Source: a virus (Duplodnaviria > Caudoviricetes). From it: a stretch of 38,163 nucleotides of DNA. The translations under genes and the position numbers were made by a program. The stretch covers positions 1-38,163 of the IMG/VR virus record IMGVR_UViG_3300025035_000051; one strand, written 5' to 3'. Of this stretch, positions 27,506 through 36,729 are shown in pieces. Within the stretch, counting starts at the first letter, position 1. Every line of letters starts with the position of its first letter. The notes beneath the pieces are model-generated. The model saw only the letters and a program-made list of their open reading frames with translations, did no database searches and was not told where the DNA came from.

Positions 27506-27521
27506 AGGCTTTCTAAGTAAG

Positions 27522-27989
27522 TTAAACTCCCCTAAAAAGGGTTGTTTCTAGACTTAGTAAAGAAGATTGAGACTCTAAAAATTCTTTTGAAGTAAAATCT
27601 TTTCCCGATAAAACTTTATTAACAGAGGCTAAGTTAAAATATAAAAATTCTATTCTCTCCGTAGGTATATCAAATTTTAAAAATAAGGATCTGCCAGCTT
27701 CCGGAGAATCCGATAGGATACTAATCACACAAAACTGACGAAATTCTTCCTTAAATCGATCTATATCAAATAACTGTTCCCTTAGACTACGCTGAAACCA
27801 TACCACAGGATACTTCTCCTTTCTTAAAGAATTGTAAAGTCCCTCATGTAGTGCAGGATTTTCACTTAAATCAAAAACAAAAGACACCCTATTTAGAGGA
27901 GAAAGTCCTACTGATACTTTACTAGGTACTGAATCATTAAATTCAGATACATCCTTCAGGTAAAATTTTAAAAAGTCTAACATAAGCAT
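27522..27989 (-). CDS. hypothetical protein (155 aa)
   Basis: Co-oriented ORF at the structural/replication boundary. Confidence 0.7.
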   Translation of the reverse strand: MLMLDFLKFYLKDVSEFNDSVPSKVSVGLSPLNRVSFVFDLSENPALHEGLYNSLRKEKYPVVWFQRSLREQLFDIDRFKEEFRQFCVISILSDSPEAGRSLFLKFDIPTERIEFLYFNLASVNKVLSGKDFTSKEFLESQSSLLSLETTLFRGV

Positions 27990-27996
27990 TTACTAC

Positions 27997-29685
27997 TTAA
28001 TATATTCTCTTTATCCAAGAAATTACATAAAAGGGATTTAATACGCTAAATGCATTTCCCAATCCTTCCGAAGAAACTGCTATTGGATGCGTATGGCCAA
28101 CTGAATCTGCTACTACTGTTATGGTATGAATATGGTCATCCTTAGACGGAATAGCAATAACATGCTGGTGGCTACCATCAGAGGGCAGGGCATAAGTATG
28201 CTTTATATCCATTTCTAGAGGAGTGCTGTCAAAAGGAGAGGCTGTAGTATCCAAACCCGTAACTTTCGCCATACCTTGCGTAGAATTCGTGGAGTGATTG
28301 TGCAATCCAGCAAAGTCTGAAGAGACATTAAATCCAGCATAGCCTCCTGCCGCTGTTTCACTAGCTGTGTGAGTATGAGTACCCCCATTAGAAGCTGTTG
28401 CGGTATGGGAGTGAGAGGGTAATTCCCCTACCCCTAAAGTCACTGTCTTTGATCCTCCTATTGCCGCCATAGTCCCAAAATCCGGATCCCCTGACTTAAA
28501 TCCCACTAGGTACTTTCCTCGCATGTCATTGGTAGAATTCTGACCATTACAAATAGCCCACCCTGCCTTACCTGCGAACCCTAACCCTGTTCCATCAAAT
28601 TCGGACATGACTCCCTCGTAGGCTATAACACTTCCTACGGGTATCGCTATCTGAGAATTTAATATGTCTGTATTAGAAGTTGAATTTGATGTTAGTTCCC
28701 ATACTCCCGAAACTCGGGTAGTAAACTCTACCCAATTATCAAAAGCTACTAACAAATCAACTCCTCCAGGACATAATAGATTTGCACTATTCTTAAATAA
28801 GACACTTCCAGAACCGAGTAATTTGATCTTTATAGTAGTTCCCACATCTTGAAAACTTAAGGTCTCAACTACCAGTGCTCCAGAAATTATCAAATTGTTT
28901 AGGTTAGTACTACCTAAAATTATCTGCTTTATCCCAGAATTGTAAGTAGCAGCAGTAGGATTATGAGAATTTAAACCCGAAAATGAATTGTTGGTATTAA
29001 TTTTAGCATTTACAGTATCAGCTGCTACCAAAGTAGCTAACAACGAAATATTGTTTGACACCTGCAACGGAAGATTTACATAGTCTAAATCCAGAGTGCT
29101 TAAAGCTGTTCCAAAAAGTCTAACGTGTGTGGTAATAGATTCATCCGATTCTATAGTAGCCAATTTTATATACTGGATATCCGGAGCATCTGGTAAATTA
29201 CCCACACTATCTGGTTGCAGAGAATTATAAACTCCCAAGACTCCCTCATAGATGTATTGATTAGGTCTACTCAAATCCATTCCTCCTATGTTATGCCGTA
29301 TAAACACATTCTGTATAACACTTTCTGAAACTAGGTCATCTGCGATAGTATACCTAGTATTGGTAATTTTCAAATACACGTATTGGGTTGTTCCAAAACT
29401 TCTTGCATTTACTAATTGCGTATTAGCAGGAGTATCCATCATATACTTGCCCCACCAGAGAACTCCCGAAGTTATGATAACGTCATTTCCCAATAAAGAA
29501 ACTTCGTATCCGGATTTTACCACCACACCGAATGTATCCTTAAAAAAAGAATCCATAAATTCTAGAAATAATTCCGTGTTTGTATTAAAATCGCTGGCTA
29601 AAAATACATCAGGTACTGGCAAAATCTCTAAATGAGTTCTTCGGCTAGATAGTCCGTATCTTTTATCTACATAATAATTTGGCAT
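27997..29685 (-). CDS. tail fibre protein with tail-collar domain and HxH repeats
   Basis: IPVGSVIAY...GWAICNGQ...DMRGKYLVG...GGSKTVTL...LPSHSH collar motif; HSH, HTH, HNH, HQH, HIH, HTH metal-binding repeats; P.Y C-terminal motif. Confidence 0.88.
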   Translation of the reverse strand: MPNYYVDKRYGLSSRRTHLEILPVPDVFLASDFNTNTELFLEFMDSFFKDTFGVVVKSGYEVSLLGNDVIITSGVLWWGKYMMDTPANTQLVNARSFGTTQYVYLKITNTRYTIADDLVSESVIQNVFIRHNIGGMDLSRPNQYIYEGVLGVYNSLQPDSVGNLPDAPDIQYIKLATIESDESITTHVRLFGTALSTLDLDYVNLPLQVSNNISLLATLVAADTVNAKINTNNSFSGLNSHNPTAATYNSGIKQIILGSTNLNNLIISGALVVETLSFQDVGTTIKIKLLGSGSVLFKNSANLLCPGGVDLLVAFDNWVEFTTRVSGVWELTSNSTSNTDILNSQIAIPVGSVIAYEGVMSEFDGTGLGFAGKAGWAICNGQNSTNDMRGKYLVGFKSGDPDFGTMAAIGGSKTVTLGVGELPSHSHTATASNGGTHTHTASETAAGGYAGFNVSSDFAGLHNHSTNSTQGMAKVTGLDTTASPFDSTPLEMDIKHTYALPSDGSHQHVIAIPSKDDHIHTITVVADSVGHTHPIAVSSEGLGNAFSVLNPFYVISWIKRIY

Positions 29686-29696
29686 AATATATAAGA

Positions 29697-30344
29697 TTAT
29701 ATTGTTTGGGTTTTCATTAGATTGTAATGTTCATCTACGATGTTTATTAATAAATTTTTATAACTACAAGTTTTAGCTAGTTCATAACGACATATCTCAA
29801 AAGCATAGTCTAGTAGAGAATCCGTGTAAGCATTATGGGCAGAAAGTTGAATATCTAATCTGTCAGATTCAACAAAGTCTGGGGAATATAAATACGTCAT
29901 GGTATCTCCCTCCTGAAATGCTAAAGATAACGACTCGGCATTGGGAAATCCATAAATAGAATTTTGAGTTTGGATAAATCTCTTCTTCCAACTTACGTGT
30001 TGCCATCCGGAAGTTACCAAATCAACCTGAAAAATACTCTTTAAATACATTTCCAAGCCTCTTTGAGATAATCTATTTTCGTGTATAAATTTCCAGTTTC
30101 TCAAGACATCCCTCTTTGAATTAGGAGTCATAGACTTGTGGGTACTAAATCCCTTTTCGTACATAAAGTAATCTAGATACTCATCAGGGCATCTTTCAAA
30201 AGAAATCATTTGGTAGAGATGATTGTTTATTTCTCCCTGCACATATATTCCGTATATTTCATCAAACCACGCTACTATGTCCTTAGCTATATCACTTTGC
30301 TCTTGTATAGCTGCTAGTATGCTGTCTCCAGGTTTATTAGCCAT
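29697..30344 (-). CDS. baseplate wedge / tail protein I-like (P2 gpI, T4 gp7-like)
   Basis: Between baseplate J and fibre; CPDEYLDYF..E.G...KR..L pattern. Confidence 0.65.
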   Translation of the reverse strand: MANKPGDSILAAIQEQSDIAKDIVAWFDEIYGIYVQGEINNHLYQMISFERCPDEYLDYFMYEKGFSTHKSMTPNSKRDVLRNWKFIHENRLSQRGLEMYLKSIFQVDLVTSGWQHVSWKKRFIQTQNSIYGFPNAESLSLAFQEGDTMTYLYSPDFVESDRLDIQLSAHNAYTDSLLDYAFEICRYELAKTCSYKNLLINIVDEHYNLMKTQTI

Positions 30345-31865
30345 CTATCTATATTTAGGGTTACTGAAAAAGTACTTTTCTCTCTTGTCTATTCGTATGG
30401 ATTGAGATTCAGAACTGGGAACCATGGTTAGTGATATAGAACTTCCTATATGAGTTAATATATGGGTATCCAAAACTCTCACTAAAATAGTATTTGTAGC
30501 CGGAACTGGGTCTAATATGGATATAGCTATAACCCCCGGAATAGCAGTCACTTCTTCGTATATATCTGAAATAAGCAGGTCAGTACCAAAACTTATTTTC
30601 TTTTCCCGAGTGGTAGAATAAGCAAAAGGATTCAAGAAATTCGTTATAGCCAGCTGTATGCTGGTTTCCAGCATACTCCTCTCGTAAGATAAATCATAAA
30701 TTATTTCTAAAGATAAAGCTACTGAAACTCTAGTAGCTGTGGCCACCTTAATAGACGCTCCCATTATTAATCGAGGTCTTATATCCTCCTCTAATTGCAA
30801 AATAAAGGCAGCAGAGGGTTCTCCTATCTCGTTAGCTATATAAGCATAAAAGTAATCCATCCCCACCTCTTTCGATTTCCCTAATCCAACTCCGGGATAG
30901 GAATTCAAATACAAATCCACATCCCATCTATTTCCTAAGGTGCCATTTATCTTAGATAGTTTCGGAGCTAACGCTCTAACTTTCTCTAAATCTTCCATGT
31001 CCTGTCCGCCAGATGCTGTATCAGAAGAATTTCTGTTGGAAACTCCAATTACTCTCACAAAAGGAGTCTTAAATACTGTATTTATAAAATAAGTATACAA
31101 ATTTCCTTCACTTCCTTGCCCTATCCTATACTTAACAGAAATTATAGAATCTGTAGGGAACAGTGCTCCATTTTTACCATCTCCCCCCATCACTTGATAA
31201 GTGTTTCTTCCTAAGTGACGCAATTCAAAAACACTATCTGTAGGTAGGGTATTACTGTTTATACTGAATACTTCACTCCAAGCTACTCCATTTACTCTTA
31301 ATACCACTGTACCATCAATAACTGAATCTTGTATTGTGATACTTTCAAAGGGAACTCCAGAGGCATTTACTACCTTCTCGTACGTTCTTCCTTCAGTAAA
31401 TAGCACATCCGCTAGGACAGTTTCAGAACTTGCCGGAGGGATAACAATCGGCTGACTATTTTCAAAATAAATAGATGACCCTGCTGAATTTACCCCCTTT
31501 ATAACCAATTCAAAAGGAGAAATAGTGCCTGCTGAACCTGCAGCTACTGTCAAATTCATTAAACAGGTGGCTGCGGAACGCAATGTTACATTATACCCTG
31601 CTAAAAATGCCTTTTCAAATATTGAATCCTTAGATAATGCTGTAGCTAAGCTAAATTCTTGTGCAATCAAGTTAGCATAATTAGCATCCTTCTCGATAGA
31701 CCGCAAGTATGCTTCCAAAATAACTCCTAGTGGATCATTCGGATTAGACATATCCCAGTCTACTAAAGACGCATACTTATCCTTTATGCTCAGTGCTCCT
31801 GCTAATAAAGTGGCGTAATCTATATTTATTATGTCTACTAATTTTGATTTGTCTACGTTAGCCAT
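30345..31865 (-). CDS. baseplate wedge subunit (baseplate J / T4 gp6-like)
   Basis: DW...NDPLGVILE, ATA...SI...A...GY, FGDG-like GGDGKNG, YRIG.G..GN, GGQDMEDLEKVR. Confidence 0.88.
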   Translation of the reverse strand: MANVDKSKLVDIINIDYATLLAGALSIKDKYASLVDWDMSNPNDPLGVILEAYLRSIEKDANYANLIAQEFSLATALSKDSIFEKAFLAGYNVTLRSAATCLMNLTVAAGSAGTISPFELVIKGVNSAGSSIYFENSQPIVIPPASSETVLADVLFTEGRTYEKVVNASGVPFESITIQDSVIDGTVVLRVNGVAWSEVFSINSNTLPTDSVFELRHLGRNTYQVMGGDGKNGALFPTDSIISVKYRIGQGSEGNLYTYFINTVFKTPFVRVIGVSNRNSSDTASGGQDMEDLEKVRALAPKLSKINGTLGNRWDVDLYLNSYPGVGLGKSKEVGMDYFYAYIANEIGEPSAAFILQLEEDIRPRLIMGASIKVATATRVSVALSLEIIYDLSYERSMLETSIQLAITNFLNPFAYSTTREKKISFGTDLLISDIYEEVTAIPGVIAISILDPVPATNTILVRVLDTHILTHIGSSISLTMVPSSESQSIRIDKREKYFFSNPKYR

Positions 31866-31866
31866 A

Positions 31867-32223
31867 CTACTTTGTGTTTAATTCAAATGTCTTACTCTTT
31901 TCAGATAATTCCTCTTGCCAGAATATTTCTATGTAAAGAACTCTCGGCTTCTCCGGTAATTTAAATATCTTAGCTCTAACTAAGGCAACATTACGAGTAA
32001 ATCTCTTTAACTTCTCTCGCAACTCTAAACTAAATACTGGAATATAAGTCTTAGGATCTACTGAAGCCTGTTGTAAATAGGACATTTCAAGACCATAGTC
32101 TTTTAAAAATGTCCTACTATTGGGAGGTGACAATAATAATAAATCTAACTCTGCCCCCTTGTCCGAAGAAAGTTTTATAGACCCCTGGTCTGTAAATTGA
32201 ATTGGAAATTGTGTTATCCTCAT
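31867..32223 (-). CDS. baseplate wedge protein gp25/GpW-like
   Basis: FP start, LLLSPPNSR.F..DYG motif; directly upstream of baseplate J. Confidence 0.75.
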   Translation of the reverse strand: MRITQFPIQFTDQGSIKLSSDKGAELDLLLLSPPNSRTFLKDYGLEMSYLQQASVDPKTYIPVFSLELREKLKRFTRNVALVRAKIFKLPEKPRVLYIEIFWQEELSEKSKTFELNTK

Positions 32224-32224
32224 A

Positions 32225-32479
32225 TTAGTCTGTCACAAAGAAGTCTCCTAAAGATGCTTCTACCTCTCGCTTGTTATCTAATTTTACTATGTAGGAAGTT
32301 ACTACAGAAGCTATATACCCTGTTTCCCCCTTATACTTACCCTTTATAAATTTAACATTATTTCCAGGGGTTATACCTATTCCTTCTGTAACAGGACTTC
32401 TGTCACATATATCCTTAGATGAAATGTCTTCTGATTCGATTAACCGTCTTATATCTTTCATAATTATAGTACTTTCCAA
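32225..32479 (-). CDS. small KOW-motif protein
   Basis: PGNNVKFIKGKYKGETGYI fits KOW (G..V.h..G..KG..G.h). Confidence 0.7.
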   Translation of the reverse strand: MESTIIMKDIRRLIESEDISSKDICDRSPVTEGIGITPGNNVKFIKGKYKGETGYIASVVTSYIVKLDNKREVEASLGDFFVTD

Positions 32480-32787
32480 TTTAATCCCCTATCCTTAGTT
32501 GAAAATAACTTACTTACCCCCTCATAGGATACAGACAATAGAGAAACTCCCCAAAAATGTCCCACTAAGCATTTTATATCTTTATTTGTTATACACTCCA
32601 CCTCTAAATAATCATTTTTTAACACCAAATTCTTAGGTAAAATAAATTTTTCATTACAGAATTCTTGTAAGAGTTTCTTTCTTAGATAGAAATCTATTGT
32701 ATCTCTCTCAGCAGGAATAAGTATATGTATCTCAGATAAAGTCTTTCCTGATTCAACTAATTCAGTTATCTCGCTTCTTTCTTCCAT
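32464..32787 (-). CDS. hypothetical protein (107 aa)
   Basis: Co-oriented ORF overlapping neighbours. Confidence 0.6.
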   Translation of the reverse strand: MEERSEITELVESGKTLSEIHILIPAERDTIDFYLRKKLLQEFCNEKFILPKNLVLKNDYLEVECITNKDIKCLVGHFWGVSLLSVSYEGVSKLFSTKDRGLNWKVL

Positions 32788-33259
32788 AAAGTATACTTTC
32801 TACAATTCCCTCTATATCTGAATCAGACTCTATATTATCTTTAACATAAGTTATTTCTCGCCTAGGAATAAGATTCAACATTGTTAAAATATCTAGATTT
32901 AAGTTGAAGACATCTGAATAAGGCAGGGTGTCTAAATCAAACCACCCTGAATCACCCCCTCTGACATATTCGTCATTGAATGTAGGAGTGTTGGTTTCAG
33001 TATCTGTTAGCACAACGTAAGCTACAAATGGCTTACTACTATGAACTGTAAATGCAGTATTAACTATCAGGGGAACTACATTAGTCTCCTCTTTAATTTC
33101 ACGGATAGCTGCAGAAAATATGTCTTCACCCTCCTCTACTCCTCCTCCGGGAAAACATAGTTTTCCATTTCGATCGTCATCCGTTAGGCATCTACCTAAT
33201 AGAACTTGACTTTTTGAATTTAAAACAATTCCTACTGCTGAAGTTATATCGTATTTCAT
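32762..33259 (-). CDS. NUDIX hydrolase
   Basis: Nudix box GGVEEGEDIFSAAIREIKEETN preceded by FPGG. Confidence 0.93.
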   Translation of the reverse strand: MKYDITSAVGIVLNSKSQVLLGRCLTDDDRNGKLCFPGGGVEEGEDIFSAAIREIKEETNVVPLIVNTAFTVHSSKPFVAYVVLTDTETNTPTFNDEYVRGGDSGWFDLDTLPYSDVFNLNLDILTMLNLIPRREITYVKDNIESDSDIEGIVESILYGRKKRDN

Positions 33260-33298
33260 TCTATTTAATAAATTAATCTGTTTGATATATTAATATTT

Positions 33299-34012
33299 TC
33301 ATTTACTTAATTTTATCAGTGAACTTAATATAGTTGGTATCTGTGCTTTTAATGCTACAAAACTGGCAGCATTCACAGGAGGGCTTGTTGGCAATCCCGG
33401 AACTGTAGTTGTGTGAGTTGTCGCAACTAAGGCATCTACCAGCTGTTCTAACCACGTTTTTAAGACGTTTCCAAGCACTGCAGGTTCTGTTGAACCAAAT
33501 GCACCCAAAGACAACAATTTATCCTCTAGAATAATTGTTTCGTCTTTAGAAAAATGTATTCCATTGATAGTTCTGTTATTTAAAGAAAAAATCTTGTTAG
33601 AAGAATCTATCTTAAGAGAACTGTAATCTGTTTCCAGAGACTTTATTTCCCATCGTCTCTTGTTTTCTTTACTAGAACATAACTCTATCCAACTTTCATC
33701 AAAATGGAGAATCTTTAAGTACGGGTATTCGTCATCAAATTCCGCATTAAGAGAATTATTTTCGAATAGACAAAATCCTAGCCACCATAGAGTACTTATT
33801 CCTTCTATAATTGATTCCTGAACATATATGCCCAAACTGTCTCCATACTTAGAAATCCATTCCTTTGTAGGTATCCGTATTTCATGAGTATTCAAAACAG
33901 GTCTAGCCCATCTGACTTCATTTCTGAAATACACTGGAATAAATCCCATCTTCTTAGGATCTTGGATTTCCCAGTATTTTGTGTCAGTTATAATTTTGGT
34001 TAGTCGTATCAC
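33299..34012 (-). CDS. baseplate central spike (gpV/gp5-like)
   Basis: DP..MG.I N-terminal OB-fold start, beta-rich middle, C-terminal EPAVLG...TH....G.PTSPP.N; position after hub. Confidence 0.7.
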   Translation of the reverse strand: MIRLTKIITDTKYWEIQDPKKMGFIPVYFRNEVRWARPVLNTHEIRIPTKEWISKYGDSLGIYVQESIIEGISTLWWLGFCLFENNSLNAEFDDEYPYLKILHFDESWIELCSSKENKRRWEIKSLETDYSSLKIDSSNKIFSLNNRTINGIHFSKDETIILEDKLLSLGAFGSTEPAVLGNVLKTWLEQLVDALVATTHTTTVPGLPTSPPVNAASFVALKAQIPTILSSLIKLSK

Positions 34013-34047
34013 GGAGACTAGTTTAAAATAAAAGTTACATATTTAAC

Positions 34048-35127
34048 TTATCTAATCATTTCATAAGCTGTCTTCCAGGTATGCCCAAATGTGTGAGTTA
34101 CCGACTTTATTTGAAAGGGGAAATACAAATTGCTAGAAGTACCTTGTATCGTTAACCACTCCCCTGGAGTAGCCCACATGTTTCCCAGAGTAGTAAAAGA
34201 ACACGACCATCCCTCATAAGGGTGAATAGAGTACCCCTGATCATTAGGATTATTTGAATTATATTCAGGAATTTCTACGTGGTAATAATGCAACCAATCT
34301 TCTAAAGAGGCATTAGTTTTGTCTATTCTGTCAAAAAGGGCTTTCTCTTCTCCCTGTAATGTCCCTTCCTTATTCGCCAAATAGTCCTCCTCCAATTTTC
34401 CTTCCATCAGCACATGCTTAGCTCTTAAAAAAGCACTGAGTCCATCTGGAACTTTGATAACTACTTTAGAAATTCCGGTGTCATCTAAAAATTGTTTTAC
34501 CTGAGGAACAAATCCTGTATCGGAACTTACTTCTATTGAAAAATCTCCTAAGATTAAGAATGTGGGATTTTCGTTGCCCTTTCGGTCTAGGAAATTTAAA
34601 TCAAATATGTCCCCTCCTTCTCCGTTTAGCCCAATAGAATAGTTAGGTTGAGTGTTATTACCATCTGAGGTCTTTATTATGCTAAATACTCTTCCATGGT
34701 CTTCTCTTCGTATCATATACCCTAGATCTCTACACACTTTTCCAATAAATGCCCAGTCAGACCCATCCTGTGTTAAGGGTTTTCCAATAGTGTAGAGTAT
34801 CTTACTCCATTCGTCGGGAAGTCCCTTTATTTCAAATTTATCCCTACCATAGCCTAGTATAATCTTAGTTATAATAAAACTTAAAGACATGGTAGCTAAT
34901 GGATTTCTCACAACACTCCAACTTCTATCTCCAGGGTCAAAAGTATCTATACGGGATTTGGAGCTTCTTGAAAATTCAGCCTCCAGTGCAACATAGTTTA
35001 TTGAAAAGGACTTCTGGACTCCAAAATTAGTAATAGGAATTATTTTCTTGGGAGGATCAACTTTCTCCGTAGGAGTAACTACTTCCTCCCATTTACCTAA
35101 ATCTCTATTAAACTCGTATTTACCCAT
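34048..35127 (-). CDS. baseplate hub-like protein, C-terminal part (gpD/gp27/VgrG-like)
   Basis: Q..SDWAFI..VC...GY and terminal GN...PG..L.I.G...F.IKSVTHTF...T motifs typical of late-control-D hubs. Confidence 0.65.
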   Translation of the reverse strand: MGKYEFNRDLGKWEEVVTPTEKVDPPKKIIPITNFGVQKSFSINYVALEAEFSRSSKSRIDTFDPGDRSWSVVRNPLATMSLSFIITKIILGYGRDKFEIKGLPDEWSKILYTIGKPLTQDGSDWAFIGKVCRDLGYMIRREDHGRVFSIIKTSDGNNTQPNYSIGLNGEGGDIFDLNFLDRKGNENPTFLILGDFSIEVSSDTGFVPQVKQFLDDTGISKVVIKVPDGLSAFLRAKHVLMEGKLEEDYLANKEGTLQGEEKALFDRIDKTNASLEDWLHYYHVEIPEYNSNNPNDQGYSIHPYEGWSCSFTTLGNMWATPGEWLTIQGTSSNLYFPFQIKSVTHTFGHTWKTAYEMIR

Positions 35128-35792
35128 TAACTTCTAGCTATGGCATTAATTATACTATTTATATCTGTTAAATCTAAATCCTTACCTAAATTAGGATAAG
35201 TAGCAGATAAATTTACTCTGGTCATATCCCATCCGACATCTCTAAATTTGTAAGTAACTGTAGGTATTCCGTCTGCTCTGAAGGAGGGAGTCATCCCGAC
35301 ACACATTCCTTCCAAGGTTATAGACTGCTCTGGATTCTGGATATATCCCATTCTCCCCTTTACAAATAGATTTCCCAAGAGAATAGTGTCCATTAGGGGG
35401 TAATAGGGTATACTGTTATTAGAAAAACTAAGTAATTGCTCTCCCTCTCCATCTGCTCTTTCTATTACTAAATTTCGTACTTCCAGGAAATTGGCTATTA
35501 TAGTTATGGAGAATTCATCTACTAAATTAAAATCTTGGGATACTACTATATCTCCACATATAAGCCTAGGAGGGATAAAGAAATAACCATCAGACTTCAT
35601 TTTTTCTGTGGACTCTAATTCTACCGCTGTATCATTTTCAGAAGGACTATAAATAGACTTATTAAACATGCTGTCAATAGATTGTCCTGCATATCTCCTA
35701 GAAACCTGTCCTTTGTTTATGGAGAAGTAAATATCTCTAAAACACTCATAACCTTGTAGTCTGTGATCTCCAATTAATAATTTTTTAGCCAT
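35127..35792 (-). CDS. putative baseplate hub N-terminal part
   Basis: Beta-rich with V.MGY...LEG.....PSF..DG.PT.T pattern; between LysM and hub; TAATG coupling to the next gene. Confidence 0.5.
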   Translation of the reverse strand: MAKKLLIGDHRLQGYECFRDIYFSINKGQVSRRYAGQSIDSMFNKSIYSPSENDTAVELESTEKMKSDGYFFIPPRLICGDIVVSQDFNLVDEFSITIIANFLEVRNLVIERADGEGEQLLSFSNNSIPYYPLMDTILLGNLFVKGRMGYIQNPEQSITLEGMCVGMTPSFRADGIPTVTYKFRDVGWDMTRVNLSATYPNLGKDLDLTDINSIINAIARS

Positions 35793-35798
35793 ATTACC

Positions 35799-36071
35799 CT
35801 AGTTAGAATTTAAATTAGGCAGGAATATAACAAATCCCTCCTGTAAAAAAGAATCATGTATCGGAGGGTTATTCTCTTGTATTATGTAATAAAGGGCAGG
35901 GTCACCGTAAAATTTTCCAGCTAAGTAAGCTAACACATTTCCTTTATCTCTCAATAAATCTTCATCTATCAAAGTGTATTGAGTTCCCTCAGAATATAAA
36001 ACTCTGGTTCTTATGTGAGGTACTGACACCTCTTCTCCAGATAACGCTAATTTTTTAGTTGGGAAGCTCAT
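35799..36071 (-). CDS. LysM/tail-X-like baseplate protein
   Basis: LAYLAGKFYGDPALYYIIQENNP...G..I.LP. Confidence 0.8.
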   Translation of the reverse strand: MSFPTKKLALSGEEVSVPHIRTRVLYSEGTQYTLIDEDLLRDKGNVLAYLAGKFYGDPALYYIIQENNPPIHDSFLQEGFVIFLPNLNSN

Positions 36072-36724
36072 TATAATAAGGGTATTGAAAATGCGAACGC
36101 TCCTTGGAGAGCGTTCGCATTGGGTAAATTAACCAATTGATCTATAGCATTTAGGGAACTCTTTAACAGAGCTAAAGTATTTCTAGAACCAGTATTTAAT
36201 TCATTTATTATACCGTCTTCTACAACTACAAATTCTATAGAAGTAGTAAATTGTGTAGGAAATAAATTCTTGTCAAATTTAGTTTCTACCATAGGAGCTG
36301 AAGATAAGTAACCTTTCCAGAATCTGTATCCCAGTAATAAATATACAGCTGGAGGACTCACAAACTTCTTGCGTCGTATTAAACTCTTCACTGAAAATTC
36401 TTTAGATTTTACAGACACTGCTTGAGGGTATAAAAAGGATTCTATTATAGATTCAGAACCTAAAGTTCCTACGGGGTCAACTACCGAAAAATGTCCTGAA
36501 CTTCTTCCCGCCTCACTCCCATCAAAGAACAAATCGAAACTTATTGTCTTAACTCCCCCAGACTGAAAATAATGGATAGGAGCAGGGAGACCTGGAACTT
36601 CTTCAGTTTCCCAGGTAACGCTTTTAGTGTGTGTTATAGGCTGAGGATTTAGCATAAAGGGAAGCATTAAACCTGCGTCTAAATTAACCATCATACCCCT
36701 CATCACATGATTAGTGTCTTTCAT
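36071..36724 (-). CDS. tail tube initiator (CIS tube/gp48-gp54/P2 gpU-like)
   Basis: FMLNP..I...K...W....VPG...P...F..GG..TISFDLFFD and PP.V motifs; follows tape measure. Confidence 0.75.
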   Translation of the reverse strand: MKDTNHVMRGMMVNLDAGLMLPFMLNPQPITHTKSVTWETEEVPGLPAPIHYFQSGGVKTISFDLFFDGSEAGRSSGHFSVVDPVGTLGSESIIESFLYPQAVSVKSKEFSVKSLIRRKKFVSPPAVYLLLGYRFWKGYLSSAPMVETKFDKNLFPTQFTTSIEFVVVEDGIINELNTGSRNTLALLKSSLNAIDQLVNLPNANALQGAFAFSIPLL

Positions 36725-36729
36725 TTGGT

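Noticed and set aside
27997-28450. Diversity-generating retroelement target in the tail fibre
   Set aside because: No reverse transcriptase and no template/variable repeat pair seen in this window
30342-30347. Stop-codon reassignment or TAG read-through (TAG-ATG in frame between baseplate J and tail I; also TAG six nt before an in-frame ATG at 35792-35801)
   Set aside because: Long conserved genes are intact in the standard code, and most other TAG stops are followed by out-of-frame starts
27997-36724. Bacterial extracellular contractile injection system or tailocin
   Set aside because: Contiguous with a tape measure and a complete phage replication module, so a phage tail is the simpler reading
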